Shown: positions 8,630-20,902 of the stretch, piece after piece | Layout: every line of letters begins with the position of its first letter | Position numbering within the stretch: the first letter of the stretch is position 1 | Assembly (NCBI GenBank): GCA_007376295.1 | Contig: VMGB01000001.1 | Location: forward strand, 285,969 to 349,968 | DNA length: 64,000 nucleotides | Direction: 5' to 3' | Source: Parcubacteria group bacterium Gr01-1014_13 | GTDB lineage: Bacteria; Patescibacteriota; Patescibacteriia; Magasanikbacterales; GWA2-37-8 | Translations under genes and position numbers: made by a program | Notes under the pieces: generated by a model | What the model was told of the DNA's origin: nothing | What the model saw: the letters and a program-made list of their open reading frames with translations, nothing else | Database searches by the model: none

Positions 8630-9010
8630 ATGAGAAGTACCCCTGTCCGTAAAGCTTTACTAAAAATCCTATCCAAAGACCAAGCGCCTTTGTCAGCTTT
8701 TGATATTTTGGCAAAATTGCATGCCCAGAAACTGCTTGCCAACAAAACAACGGTTTACCGCCAGCTTGATTCGTTAGAAAAACAGGGCTTGATTCATACT
8801 GTGCGTCTCAGCGATCGCAGTGTGCGCTACGAGTTGGCCGGAAAAGATGATCACCACCATCATTTGGTTTGTGTAAAATGCAACGATGTTAAAGATGTTG
8901 ATTTTGAAAACCATTTATCCCGTCAAGAAAAAAATATCGAAAAAAGTAAAAAATTCAAGATATTGCGTCACTCAATGGAGTTTTTTGGTCTGTGCTTTAA
9001 TTGTCAATAA
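8630..9010 (+). CDS. Fur-family metalloregulator (Zur-like), with a His-rich stretch and C-terminal CVKC / CFNC
   Basis: Winged-helix region TVYRQLDSLEKQGLIHTV, HHHHLVCVKCNDV, C-terminal CFNCQ. Next to a ZIP transporter. Confidence 0.7.
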   Translation: MRSTPVRKALLKILSKDQAPLSAFDILAKLHAQKLLANKTTVYRQLDSLEKQGLIHTVRLSDRSVRYELAGKDDHHHHLVCVKCNDVKDVDFENHLSRQEKNIEKSKKFKILRHSMEFFGLCFNCQ

Positions 9011-9034
9011 AATTAAATTAATTAAATAAACATT

Positions 9035-9778
9035 ATGTTAGCAAATATACTCGGAGCAAATTTACTTGTCGGTTTAATTGGCGTAGTTGGAGCCTACAGT
9101 CTTATTCATTTTTTTATCAAGAATCGCTCCAAAGTAATGATTCTGGTAAGTTTCGCGGCGGGTGCGATGATAGCCGTTTCATTTTTTGATCTCCTGCCCG
9201 AAGCCATAGCTGAACATGGAAATGTAATGTTGATAATGGAATATCTAGTTATTGGTTTTGTGGCTTTTTTATTAATAGAAAAAGCATTTTTTTATTACCA
9301 TTGTCACGAAGAAAATTGTGAACGACACGCATCCGCAAAATTGGTTATAATTGGCGATTCAATACATAACCTTTTGGATGGTGTTGCCATAGCCGCTAGT
9401 TTTTTGGTTAGCCCGACTCTGGGAATTGCTACCACCATAGCAATTATAATCCACGAGATACCTCAGGAATTCGGAGATATAGGAATTTTAGTCCATGCTG
9501 GATATTCCAAAACCAAAGCATTATTCTTCAACTTTATTTCTGGTTTATTTGCTGTTTTGGGCGGCTTGGTAGGATTTTATTATCTGAACCGTTTCGAATC
9601 TTTTATACCCTATGTCTTAGCTCTTACGGCCGGGGGTTTTATATATATCGCGGCCGCCGATCTTTTGCCAGAGGTACATGCCGAAAGTAATACTAGAACA
9701 AAAATTTCCATTCATAGTATAGCTATAATTTTGGGAATCGTAGTCTTGTGGATATTAGGAAAAGTATTCGCAGAATAG
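9035..9778 (+). CDS. ZIP-family zinc/iron permease (ZupT-like)
   Basis: Eight TM helices. HNLLDGVAIA and HEIPQEFGD metal-binding motifs typical of ZIP transporters. Confidence 0.75.
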   Translation: MLANILGANLLVGLIGVVGAYSLIHFFIKNRSKVMILVSFAAGAMIAVSFFDLLPEAIAEHGNVMLIMEYLVIGFVAFLLIEKAFFYYHCHEENCERHASAKLVIIGDSIHNLLDGVAIAASFLVSPTLGIATTIAIIIHEIPQEFGDIGILVHAGYSKTKALFFNFISGLFAVLGGLVGFYYLNRFESFIPYVLALTAGGFIYIAAADLLPEVHAESNTRTKISIHSIAIILGIVVLWILGKVFAE

Positions 9779-9792
9779 TACCTAAAATAAAA

Positions 9793-9822
9793 AAATACTC
9801 CAAATCGGAGTATTTTTTTATT
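9793..9822. terminator. Bidirectional terminator (ATACTCC-AAATC-GGAGTAT flanked by A and T runs)
   Basis: Stem-loop between convergent genes. Confidence 0.5.
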
Positions 9823-9829
9823 TATAATT

Positions 9830-10513
9830 TTATTTTTTTGCTTTTCGTAGTGCTCCCAAGGAGATAACAAACGCTGCTGCACTTAGTGCCAGGGCGACTG
9901 TAGAGTTTGAATCAGACGCATCGGCTTTAGACAATGTAGATATCGGAGATGCTGATAAATCATCTATAACTTTTGTCATAGAATACGGTCCAAATCCGCT
10001 CTTTTTTTCTTTGGTTGCAGGATCAAGGTCCCAAGCTACTACTGTGCCGTCTGCGTAGGTTTGGTATACTTTCCAATTTAAAATTGTTGGCTTGCTTGGG
10101 GACTTTACACTAAATAGAAACTCGTCACGCATTCCAGCTGAAATATTACCACCGGTCCAAGTAATTTCTATCAATCTTTGTTCGTCAATCATCATACCTT
10201 CCTCATCTTTCACCTTATTCCCAGTAGCTTGAATTTTTTTCTCAATTTTCCAGCCATTTTTTACATTTGGTGTTGCCGAATTTATTCCTTCTGGCATTAC
10301 CAAACGAATACCGACGGTAGCGATTGATTTTTCTGAAGGAACTGCCAAAGTAAAAGTTTGATACTTCCCTATTCCCACCTCGGCTGGTTTAACAACAGCA
10401 TGTGCCAAAGCTTGACCAGCAAATGACAAAGAGGCAATCGCCAATAGAGGCAATGCAAATATTTTTTTAATCATAAAATGTTTAGAAGTGAATAATCTAA
10501 TCTCCTTAAACAA
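9830..10513 (-). CDS. YcnI-like (DUF1775) copper-binding surface protein with a C-terminal TM anchor
   Basis: Signal peptide followed by mature N-terminal HAVVKP (His-1 brace motif). C-terminal hydrophobic anchor and KAKK tail. Confidence 0.55.
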   Translation of the reverse strand: MFKEIRLFTSKHFMIKKIFALPLLAIASLSFAGQALAHAVVKPAEVGIGKYQTFTLAVPSEKSIATVGIRLVMPEGINSATPNVKNGWKIEKKIQATGNKVKDEEGMMIDEQRLIEITWTGGNISAGMRDEFLFSVKSPSKPTILNWKVYQTYADGTVVAWDLDPATKEKKSGFGPYSMTKVIDDLSASPISTLSKADASDSNSTVALALSAAAFVISLGALRKAKK

Positions 10514-11309
10514 ATCGCCCTGGTGGAGATTTATTATTTAGACCAAAAATAATTTTTATTTTTACGGGTTGTTGTAATTTTACAGCTCTGGCTTCGTTCG
10601 AAAATAATGGAGTTATAATCAATTTCGGATTATTCTCAATAAGCGGAACAAAACAACATTCATGCTGATCCAAATGCACGCCATGGACATGATCTGGACA
10701 TAGTACCTGCGGCTGATGAAAGGCCGTGCCGAAAACCAATAACACAACAAATAATCCCAAGATACTTTTCTTTAATCTTCTATAGTTAAAGACTGCGATC
10801 AGAATTATACCAAATGCCAAAACCAAATACATACGATACTTATCCCTAGAAGTTTCGGTAGCAATTGCTTGCTCTATAGTTCTGTCCACCCGCATGTCGT
10901 AATTAAATTTAAAACTCTGGAAACCATTCTCTACCAAAGGATTGGCCGTAAATGCGATAGTGTAAATCCCCTTTTGCGGGAAAGTATAAGAAAAAACAGC
11001 ATTATTTTTTACGTTATTAAATGTAGTAGTAGAAAAAATTACACTATCATTAAGCGTGATGGTTAACCGGCAGTCGCACCCCGAAGCTTTAAACTTTTTT
11101 TGGCTATCGGTGATATAAAAAGTTAGTTCTGCGGGCTGGCCGATAATAGGATTGTCGTCATCACTAGCGTGCAACATTACAAGAACCGAACCATCAGCTT
11201 CGATAGAATGAGCTTGGACCGCTTTGGGAAAATAAAAAAAACTGCCCAACAGTAAAAACATGAATAAGCAGAGCTTGATAATGTTACTAAACAGATTTTT
11301 TGACTGCAT
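10506..11309 (-). CDS. Hypothetical secreted/membrane protein. The mature N-terminus starts with His (AVQA|HSIEADG). One TM helix and a Cys/His-rich tail. Possibly metal-handling
   Basis: Signal peptide, HxxH/CC-rich C-terminus. Overlaps the YcnI-like gene by 8 nt (operon). Confidence 0.45.
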   Translation of the reverse strand: MQSKNLFSNIIKLCLFMFLLLGSFFYFPKAVQAHSIEADGSVLVMLHASDDDNPIIGQPAELTFYITDSQKKFKASGCDCRLTITLNDSVIFSTTTFNNVKNNAVFSYTFPQKGIYTIAFTANPLVENGFQSFKFNYDMRVDRTIEQAIATETSRDKYRMYLVLAFGIILIAVFNYRRLKKSILGLFVVLLVFGTAFHQPQVLCPDHVHGVHLDQHECCFVPLIENNPKLIITPLFSNEARAVKLQQPVKIKIIFGLNNKSPPGRFV

Positions 11310-11377
11310 AAACCATCCTGTAAAACTAAATTACTACTACATATTGTAGTAGTAATTGGTTGATTTGTCAAAACTTT

Positions 11378-14347
11378 CTATTCCTCATTTACTTTAAAGT
11401 TAGTGATATCTGCCGCCATCTTATCGAAATCATCCTTATTTCCAAAAATTTCTATAATAAACTTGCTTCTTTTATACCCATCCGGATAAACATCCATTAT
11501 TTTTTCCGCTCTCCCTTTATTTTGGCTTTCATAAACTTTTGCCGGATATCCATTCCAAGTGGTGGTTGAAATTTTATCCAAAGGAATTACTGCAGCCCGC
11601 TTTATTTTTGCAAAAGCAAACCATTTTGTATTATCTGGGGAATAAAATTCCACCCCATTTGTTGAATGTTTGGCTAGCCAGTTAGCCGGATATGACAAAG
11701 TAAACTCCGCAAAACTACTTTCAGTATAAATATTTGTGGCTGTTTTTTGCCTATCCTCAAACTCTTTTTCCATCTGTTTTTTTATGTCTGATTTGGCCAA
11801 AGCCACCTGATTGGCTATTTCTATTTGCATATCTTTCTGGGACATCTGATTTGCGCTTGACTGGCAGGTATACCCTCCCAAAGCAGTAACAAGTCCCAAA
11901 ACTCCAAAAATTAAAAGCATTTTGGATGCGCCCACTAATCTTAATACCCGATTTGGTTTTACCGCAACTTTTTTCTCCATCGCGGCAATACGTTCGCGTG
12001 TTTTTAAAACCGTATCTGGATTAAGCGAAATACTATCTATCCCCTCTTGCACCAAAAATTCGGCAAATTCCGGATAATCACTAGGAGCTTGTCCGCAAAT
12101 ACCAACTTTGCGTTTATTTTCATGCGCTACTTTTATTACTTGGCGGATTAAAGTTTTTACCGCCTCGTTTTTTTCATCATAGACATGACTTACTAAAGCC
12201 GAATCTCTGTCTACGCCCAAAGTGAGTTGAGTCAAATCGTTTGAGCCAATACTGAACCCATCAAAAATTTCGGAAAATTCTTTGGCTAAAATTACATTGG
12301 CTGGAATTTCGCACATTACATAAACTTTCAAGCCATTTTTCCCCCGTTCCAAACCAAATTCTTTCATAGTTGCCAAAACTTTTTTACCTTCTTCTACCGT
12401 ACGGCAAAACGGCACCATTACGATTAAATTTTTCATCCCCCATTCGTTACGGACTTTTTTTATAGCTTCACATTCCAATTTAAATCCCGGTTTATATTTC
12501 TCATCATAATACCTAGAAGCCCCGCGCCAACCAAGCATCGGATTTTCTTCTTTTGGTTCGTAACTCGCGCCGCCAATAAGCGTGGCATATTCATTAGTTT
12601 TAAAATCAGACAAACGCACAATGACTTCGTTTGGAGAAAATGCAGAGGTAATAAAAGCAATACCTTCGGCCAATTTGTCTACACAAAATTTAGCTTTGTT
12701 TTTGTAGCCAACCGTGAGCGCATCTATTTGATCTTTCACTTCTTTCGGCTGATCTTTATAGTGCACCAAAGCTAGTGGGTGGATTTTTACAAAATTGGTG
12801 AAAATAAATTCTTCACGTGCCAAACCAACACCGTCATTTGGCACATTAGACAAAGAAAAGGCGCTGTCTGGATCACCTACGTTCATCATTATTTTCGTAC
12901 GGGTAGCAGGAACATCTTTTATCTCTGTTTTTTGTACTTCAAATGGCAATAAACCTTTGTAAACATAGCCAACTTCACCTTCGGCGCAGGAAACAGTAAC
13001 TCCTTCGCCTGTTTTGACTACCTGGCGCGCTTTAGCAGCCCCGACAATACATGGCGTGCCGAGCTCACGGCTGACAATGGCTGCGTGAGAAGTTTTACCG
13101 CCCTGTTCGGTGACTATGGCGCTAGCCATACGCATAATCGGCTCCCAATCCGGATCAGTAATACGAGTTATCAGAACTTCGCCAGGCTTAAATTGCTTCA
13201 TCTGTTTTGGCGAGTTAATAACTCTTGCATGCCCTTGGCCAATTTTTTGACCAACGCTTGAACCGGTAAGCAAAACCTTCCCTTTTTGCTTTTGTTTTAA
13301 ATGGTACTGCTCAATAACATTTACTTTAGCTCTAGATTGCACAGTTTCGGATCTGGCCTGCACGATAAACAATTGTCCGGTAGTACCATCTTTGGCCCAC
13401 TCTATATCCATCGGATGTCCATAATGATTTTCGATTATCACACCCCACTTGGCCAACTGTAAAACCTCATCGTCAGTTAAACAATAAACTTTTTGGTCAG
13501 TTGATTTTACTTTTTCTTGTTTGGTGCCAACTTTACCATAAATTAATTTTACCTCCTTGCTTCCCAAGCGTTTACTGATGATAGATTTAAAACCATTTTT
13601 TAAACCTTGTTTAAAAATATAAAATTGATCGGGAATAACCTGGCCTTTAACCACATATTCCCCTAACCCATAAGCAGCATTTATTAACACTACGCCTTTG
13701 AACCCGGATTCAGTATCCAGAGTAAACATCACGCCGCTGGCGCCAACGTCCGAACGCACCATTTCTTGCACGCCCACAGACAAAGCAATAGCCGTATGAT
13801 CAAATCCTTTGTCCTCGCGGTACGAAATAGCGCGGTCGGTAAATAGGGATGCTATGCATTTCTTACTGGCCAACAGCAATTCATTTTCTCCGCGAACATT
13901 TAAATATGTTTCTTGCTGTCCAGCAAAACTAGCGTCTGGTAAATCTTCGGCGGTGGCACTACTGCGTACGGCTACATCTAGATTGCTTTTTTTAGAAAAT
14001 TTACAAAGTTGTTTATAAAAAATTTTAATTTCTTTTTCTACATCTTTAGGAAAAGTGGCTGCCAAAATCATTTTTCGTATCTTGTCCCCCACTCTGGCCA
14101 GTTCTTTGATATCTTTTTTATTTAAACCTTTTAATGTTTCCTTTATTTTTTTATCTAATTTATTGGCGCGCAAAAAACTCCAGTACACGTCGGCAGTTAA
14201 AGCAAAGCCGTTTGGTACTGGTACGCCTTTTGATTTTAATTTTGCATACATTTCTCCCAAAGAAGCATTTTTGCCGCCTACGGAAGGAATATCTTTGATG
14301 GTAAGGTCTTTAAACCAACGAATGTACTTAGAGGACATATCTGGCAT
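11378..14347 (-). CDS. ppsA: Phosphoenolpyruvate synthase (PEP-utilising enzyme) with an extra C-terminal TM helix plus a ~200-aa extracytoplasmic-type domain
   Basis: PPDK_N ATP-grasp region, GGKTSHAAIVSRELGTPCIVG phospho-His motif, C-terminal TIM-barrel PEP-binding region, then KMLLIFGVLGLVTALGG followed by a 200-aa tail in the same frame. Confidence 0.85.
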   Translation of the reverse strand: MPDMSSKYIRWFKDLTIKDIPSVGGKNASLGEMYAKLKSKGVPVPNGFALTADVYWSFLRANKLDKKIKETLKGLNKKDIKELARVGDKIRKMILAATFPKDVEKEIKIFYKQLCKFSKKSNLDVAVRSSATAEDLPDASFAGQQETYLNVRGENELLLASKKCIASLFTDRAISYREDKGFDHTAIALSVGVQEMVRSDVGASGVMFTLDTESGFKGVVLINAAYGLGEYVVKGQVIPDQFYIFKQGLKNGFKSIISKRLGSKEVKLIYGKVGTKQEKVKSTDQKVYCLTDDEVLQLAKWGVIIENHYGHPMDIEWAKDGTTGQLFIVQARSETVQSRAKVNVIEQYHLKQKQKGKVLLTGSSVGQKIGQGHARVINSPKQMKQFKPGEVLITRITDPDWEPIMRMASAIVTEQGGKTSHAAIVSRELGTPCIVGAAKARQVVKTGEGVTVSCAEGEVGYVYKGLLPFEVQKTEIKDVPATRTKIMMNVGDPDSAFSLSNVPNDGVGLAREEFIFTNFVKIHPLALVHYKDQPKEVKDQIDALTVGYKNKAKFCVDKLAEGIAFITSAFSPNEVIVRLSDFKTNEYATLIGGASYEPKEENPMLGWRGASRYYDEKYKPGFKLECEAIKKVRNEWGMKNLIVMVPFCRTVEEGKKVLATMKEFGLERGKNGLKVYVMCEIPANVILAKEFSEIFDGFSIGSNDLTQLTLGVDRDSALVSHVYDEKNEAVKTLIRQVIKVAHENKRKVGICGQAPSDYPEFAEFLVQEGIDSISLNPDTVLKTRERIAAMEKKVAVKPNRVLRLVGASKMLLIFGVLGLVTALGGYTCQSSANQMSQKDMQIEIANQVALAKSDIKKQMEKEFEDRQKTATNIYTESSFAEFTLSYPANWLAKHSTNGVEFYSPDNTKWFAFAKIKRAAVIPLDKISTTTWNGYPAKVYESQNKGRAEKIMDVYPDGYKRSKFIIEIFGNKDDFDKMAADITNFKVNEE

Positions 14348-14407
14348 ATTATATCACAACTAAGCGGTTTTTAGAAACTTGAGGTGGATGAAATGTGCAT
14401 AAAAAAC

Positions 14408-14435
14408 ACCCTGTCTGCCGATTGGCAGACAGGGT
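14408..14435. repeat. Perfect palindrome ACCCTGTCTGCC-GATT-GGCAGACAGGGT (copy 1), acting as the terminator of the gene ending at 14453
   Basis: 12-bp stem followed on the − strand by a T-run. The same element recurs at 15088-15115. Confidence 0.6.
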
Positions 14436-14452
14436 ACAAAAATACCGCAGTG

Positions 14453-15019
14453 CTAGTGAGTTTTGGGCTTGCGACCGCCATTTGCCCACACCTTGATCTC
14501 TTCGATGTTCTCGGAAAGTAACGCCCGTTTCCTCTGAAGTTCTTTCAGATTGCGTTCGCCAGGACCTTTCCGCATTTCATTCTCTATTTTGATATTCAAA
14601 TCAGCGCTCATTTCATTCGTGAGCTTTGCCATATCAAAGTAACGAGATTCATTATCAACGTCGAGTTGGAGCTGTGGCGGAATGACCTGTTGCTGTAATT
14701 CACGCCAATCGCGCACAAATGCGCGCGACAAGAAAACCCATACAGCCGACAAACCGATGCAGACAAGCATTACAAAAAGACTGATGAAAAGCGGCGCCTG
14801 ACTGAACCATAGGAGATAACAGAGCCCCCAATACAACCCGGATAAAGGACCGGATATCGCGGAAAGAAAAAGATTTTCACAAGCGCTGAAATAGACTGCT
14901 CCACGTTCCTTATTCAGCAAAGCAAGCTCTTCGGTACACGGCTTCGGCAGGGATTCCACCGGAATCAATTCAAGAGGCGAAAGCAAAACAAGGGCTGTAA
15001 CCGGTTTATCATCATCCAT
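14453..15019 (-). CDS. Hypothetical membrane protein (two TM helices, coiled-coil C-terminus)
   Basis: 188-aa ORF, locally GC-elevated, followed by palindromic terminator copy 1. Confidence 0.5.
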   Translation of the reverse strand: MDDDKPVTALVLLSPLELIPVESLPKPCTEELALLNKERGAVYFSACENLFLSAISGPLSGLYWGLCYLLWFSQAPLFISLFVMLVCIGLSAVWVFLSRAFVRDWRELQQQVIPPQLQLDVDNESRYFDMAKLTNEMSADLNIKIENEMRKGPGERNLKELQRKRALLSENIEEIKVWANGGRKPKTH

Positions 15020-15087
15020 TGATTTCTCCTTGGTTGGATTCTTAGCTCAACATACCATAAATATACAGCTTTAGCAAGATATAAAAT

Positions 15088-15115
15088 ACCCTGTCTGCCG
15101 ATTAGCAAACAGGGT
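15088..15115. repeat. Palindrome copy 2, ACCCTGTCTGCC-GATT-AGCAAACAGGGT (2 mismatches), terminator of the gene ending at 15136
   Basis: Same element as at 14408-14435. Confidence 0.55.
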
Positions 15116-15135
15116 AGAACTGTAATGAAACTACA

Positions 15136-15765
15136 TTATGTACTTACATGATTTTTGATGTACTGCGGCTTCTGCCTCTCCAACATGTCTTTGCGACATT
15201 TATCAATAACCAACAAAACAGGTAAAGATAGGAGTAGTAGACCGTCGACAACAGCCGAAATGGCAACTACCCTCATGTCGCCACAATTGATTAGTGCGTA
15301 ACATACCCAAGCCGCAAAAAGCCCGCTTACCGGCAAAGTTGACCGTAATGACAGCCCCAAACCCTCAACAGCCAACCAAATTTGAATCAAGATGGCCAGG
15401 CCGAGATTCAAGCTAAAGACAACACCGGGAATATATACAGCCCACATCATAGTTAGGTTGTTCGAGTAAAGACGCCCACCGAAAAAAAGCTGCCAAAACA
15501 TTCCTAGTAATGAATAAGCACATATTACCCCGGCCCATGCAGGATGACTTTTTTCATTTTCCGCCCCATCAGCTAACGCCGGAGCAGAAAATGCTGTAAG
15601 CAACAAAATAAAAAATGAAATGACCATAGCGAGCGGGCCGATACTATCTCGCCAATACTTGGCCACATTCGGGCCATCAGAAGCCAGAAAAACTAACGGG
15701 ATAACTAAGGTACCTGCCAACATAGTTAACCAAGTAGCATACTTCCATGCTTTTTCTTTGATCAT
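15136..15765 (-). CDS. Hypothetical multi-pass membrane protein (~6 TM)
   Basis: 209-aa hydrophobic ORF. Followed by palindrome copy 2. Confidence 0.5.
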   Translation of the reverse strand: MIKEKAWKYATWLTMLAGTLVIPLVFLASDGPNVAKYWRDSIGPLAMVISFFILLLTAFSAPALADGAENEKSHPAWAGVICAYSLLGMFWQLFFGGRLYSNNLTMMWAVYIPGVVFSLNLGLAILIQIWLAVEGLGLSLRSTLPVSGLFAAWVCYALINCGDMRVVAISAVVDGLLLLSLPVLLVIDKCRKDMLERQKPQYIKNHVST

Positions 15766-15807
15766 TGCATTTCTCCTGTCTGGATTGAAAGTTCAAAACA
15801 AATTAAA

Positions 15808-15827
15808 ACACACCCGAACGGGTGTGT
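15808..15827 (-). terminator. ligA terminator (ACACACCCG-AA-CGGGTGTGT + T-run on the − strand)
   Basis: Perfect 9-bp stem 24 nt downstream of the ligA stop. Confidence 0.6.
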
Positions 15828-15850
15828 CAATCAATCTTAGATACAAAAAA

Positions 15851-18659
<2,809 letters not shown>

Positions 18660-18707
18660 AAAACAAAAAACCCCTTCTTACGAGAGGGTTTCTTGTTAAA
18701 CTTAAGT

Positions 18708-19151
18708 TTAAATTGGTTGGTCGGCGATTCCTGAAGGACTGAGGGTAACTCCACCACTTAGTCCGTTTACAGTTGTTTCTAATGTAGCTGTTACAGTATA
18801 GGAACTGGTAGCTGCAGTATAAGTATATGATTGAGCTGTTAATGGGTCTGAAGGTACTTTACCCATGTATGGGTTAGCACAACCAGTTGATCCGAAACCG
18901 CTGGCGTTCAAACAAGCGTGAGTTGAATCTCCCAAAGTTACAGCTGAACCAGATGGATAAGCTGTTTGATCTGTGTAGTAAAGTTCTAAAGCTGTTTGTA
19001 ATTGTTTTAAGTCGGACAGACGGCGCGCATCGCGAGCTTTTTGTCTGGCGTTTCCTAAAGCTACTACAGCTAGAGTTGATAATAAACCGATAATGGCTAT
19101 TACTACCAGCAATTCGATTAAGGTGAAACCTTTCTTGTTCATGTTTTTCAT
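18708..19151 (-). CDS. Type IV pilin (class III signal peptide)
   Basis: [20 protein letters not shown] prepilin leader and hydrophobic N-terminal helix. Confidence 0.8.
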   Translation of the reverse strand: MKNMNKKGFTLIELLVVIAIIGLLSTLAVVALGNARQKARDARRLSDLKQLQTALELYYTDQTAYPSGSAVTLGDSTHACLNASGFGSTGCANPYMGKVPSDPLTAQSYTYTAATSSYTVTATLETTVNGLSGGVTLSPSGIADQPI

Positions 19152-19203
19152 AGTTTCACCCCCTTTCTATAAATTAGTTGTGACATATTGTTTTCTATGT
19201 TTA

Positions 19204-19245
19204 CAATTATACCATGACTAACTATTTTTTATGCAAGATCTTCCT
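19204..19245 (-). promoter_or_regulatory. Pilin promoter with extended −10 (TGGTATAAT), followed by an AGGGGGTGA Shine-Dalgarno sequence
   Basis: Read on the − strand: TTGCAT ... TGGTATAAT ... AAAGGGGGTGAAACTATG. Confidence 0.4.
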
Positions 19246-19608
19246 GACTTTATCCACAACCTCGGAAGGTTTGAAATGAGTTTTTATTAAATAATCGACA
19301 GCTCCTTCGTCTAGTCCGCGCTGTACGTCGTCTTTTTGTCCCAAATTCGTAAGTAAAATAATCGGAATATTTTTTATGGCCGAATCTGCTTTGGCCGCCT
19401 CTAAAACAGCAAAGCCATCCAATTTTGGCAGAAGAATATCCAGCAAAACAATGTCCGGCTTTTTTTTCTTGATGTCAGCCAATCCTTTTTCGCCATTATT
19501 GGCCATACTTACTTTAAACCCCTCCATTTCAAATTTTTTCTGATAAATTTCGGCCAAAAAAACATCATCTTCAACGATTAAAACATGATCTTGATTATCT
19601 TGAGGCAT
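19222..19608 (-). CDS. Stand-alone response-regulator receiver domain (CheY/PilH-like)
   Basis: VLIVEDD...LLDILLPKLDG...K receiver signature. 128 aa, no output domain. Confidence 0.8.
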   Translation of the reverse strand: MPQDNQDHVLIVEDDVFLAEIYQKKFEMEGFKVSMANNGEKGLADIKKKKPDIVLLDILLPKLDGFAVLEAAKADSAIKNIPIILLTNLGQKDDVQRGLDEGAVDYLIKTHFKPSEVVDKVRKILHKK

Positions 19609-19621
19609 AAAAAATTAAGAT

Positions 19622-20776
19622 TTAAACAATATTGCGCATCGCCAAACCCACGGCCACGGACATGCGCGGCCCGATTTGACGTAAAACTGGTTTTAATCCT
19701 TCTTGATAGACTATTCTAGCCCATGAATCACCTACATAGCATTTGATTTTGAATTTTTCTTGGATATATTTTGCCAAAAACGGCAAAAGAGACATACCGC
19801 CGGTGAGAATTATTTTTTCCGGCCGTTTGCCCTCATTGCCAGTTTGACGTAAATATAATTCTAAGCTTACTTCAATTTCTTTTAATATCGGATCTACCAC
19901 TGGCATTAGAATATCCAACCACTTTTGTTCGCTAAGTGTATTATTGCTGGTTGCAGAAAGATAGTCAAATAAATCGTATTTTACTTGGCCTATCAAACCT
20001 TGTTCAACACCCAAAATATTTTGTAAAATTCTGTCTATTTTATCGCCACCAGATTCTATACTCTGGTGAGTGATCGGCACGCCTTGATCAACTATGAAAA
20101 AATTTGTCCGCTCAGATCCAATGTCTACTATTATAGACACTGCCTGATCGCGCCCAATAAGAGAACGGGCTAAAGCTGTAGATTCGGGTTCCAGAGCCTC
20201 TAAAGAGAGTCCTGCGCGCTGGAAAACCTTCGAATAAAATTCAATCAGCTTGTGCGGAACGGCATTTACCATAACCCGCTGGGATTTATCTTCTGGCAGA
20301 CCCTTTAATACTTGATAATCCAAGGCCATTTCTTCTAAAGCCATCGGCAGCAATTTTCTGACTTCTGCTTTTAGGATATGGTCTAATTCTTCTTTTTTTA
20401 CTATTGGCAGAGTAACTACGGCATGAAAAACAGACGAAACCGGCAAACTGACCACGGCTGTTTTAGATGTGGTGCGCGAAGTTTTACAGATAGTTTTTAT
20501 AATATTGGCGTATTTTTCTATTTGCGCCGGAGCAAATTGACCGGCATTTTCTGTTTCTTTCGTATGGCCTGGAGGTAAGTCGCCTAGCTTTCTTTCCAAA
20601 AGATTAGTAATGTTTTTGTCTTCAGTGGTCAGGAGTTTGTGAACGTCTTGCTTGTTGGAAGTTAGTCCATAAGAAAACAAAACTGGCCTATTTTTCTCTA
20701 GGCGTAGTTCTATTAATTTTACTCCCCCAGATCCGATATCAACTCCAAGATAAGATTTTGCCTTATTCCAAAACAT
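19622..20776 (-). CDS. pilM: Type IV pilus assembly protein PilM (actin-like ATPase)
   Basis: N-terminal LGVDIGSGGVKLIEL and an Hsp70/actin fold pattern. 384 aa. Confidence 0.8.
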   Translation of the reverse strand: MFWNKAKSYLGVDIGSGGVKLIELRLEKNRPVLFSYGLTSNKQDVHKLLTTEDKNITNLLERKLGDLPPGHTKETENAGQFAPAQIEKYANIIKTICKTSRTTSKTAVVSLPVSSVFHAVVTLPIVKKEELDHILKAEVRKLLPMALEEMALDYQVLKGLPEDKSQRVMVNAVPHKLIEFYSKVFQRAGLSLEALEPESTALARSLIGRDQAVSIIVDIGSERTNFFIVDQGVPITHQSIESGGDKIDRILQNILGVEQGLIGQVKYDLFDYLSATSNNTLSEQKWLDILMPVVDPILKEIEVSLELYLRQTGNEGKRPEKIILTGGMSLLPFLAKYIQEKFKIKCYVGDSWARIVYQEGLKPVLRQIGPRMSVAVGLAMRNIV

Positions 20777-20902
20777 AAAAGATATTTGATTTCATTATAC
20801 CAGAAAATCAACATTACTTGTAGAGCAATGTTGATAACTGGGGATAATTCATATATACTAGAAATGACATTTTTCCTTTTGAATTTAAGAAACAACTTGG
20901 TT

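Noticed and set aside
12460-12660. Numerous 60-140-aa ORFs embedded antisense or out of frame within long genes. Examples: 755-1027, 2814-3212, 3853-4867, 12460-12660, 13809-14363, 16341-16790, 21791-22538, 27431-28646, 36684-37311, 38108-38675, 39285-39834, 42314-42679, 61246-62532.
   Set aside because: They overlap confidently identified conserved genes (ppsA, ligA, cysS, the T4CP gene, secD, secF, secA, glyQS and others). Their translations are low-complexity. They are most likely non-coding shadows.
20786-20902. N-terminal extension of the DinD-like ORF in the track (MISLYQKINITC...)
   Set aside because: The homology to DinD/Bro-N begins at MKNNNFNSL (20903). The extension overlaps the pilM upstream region.
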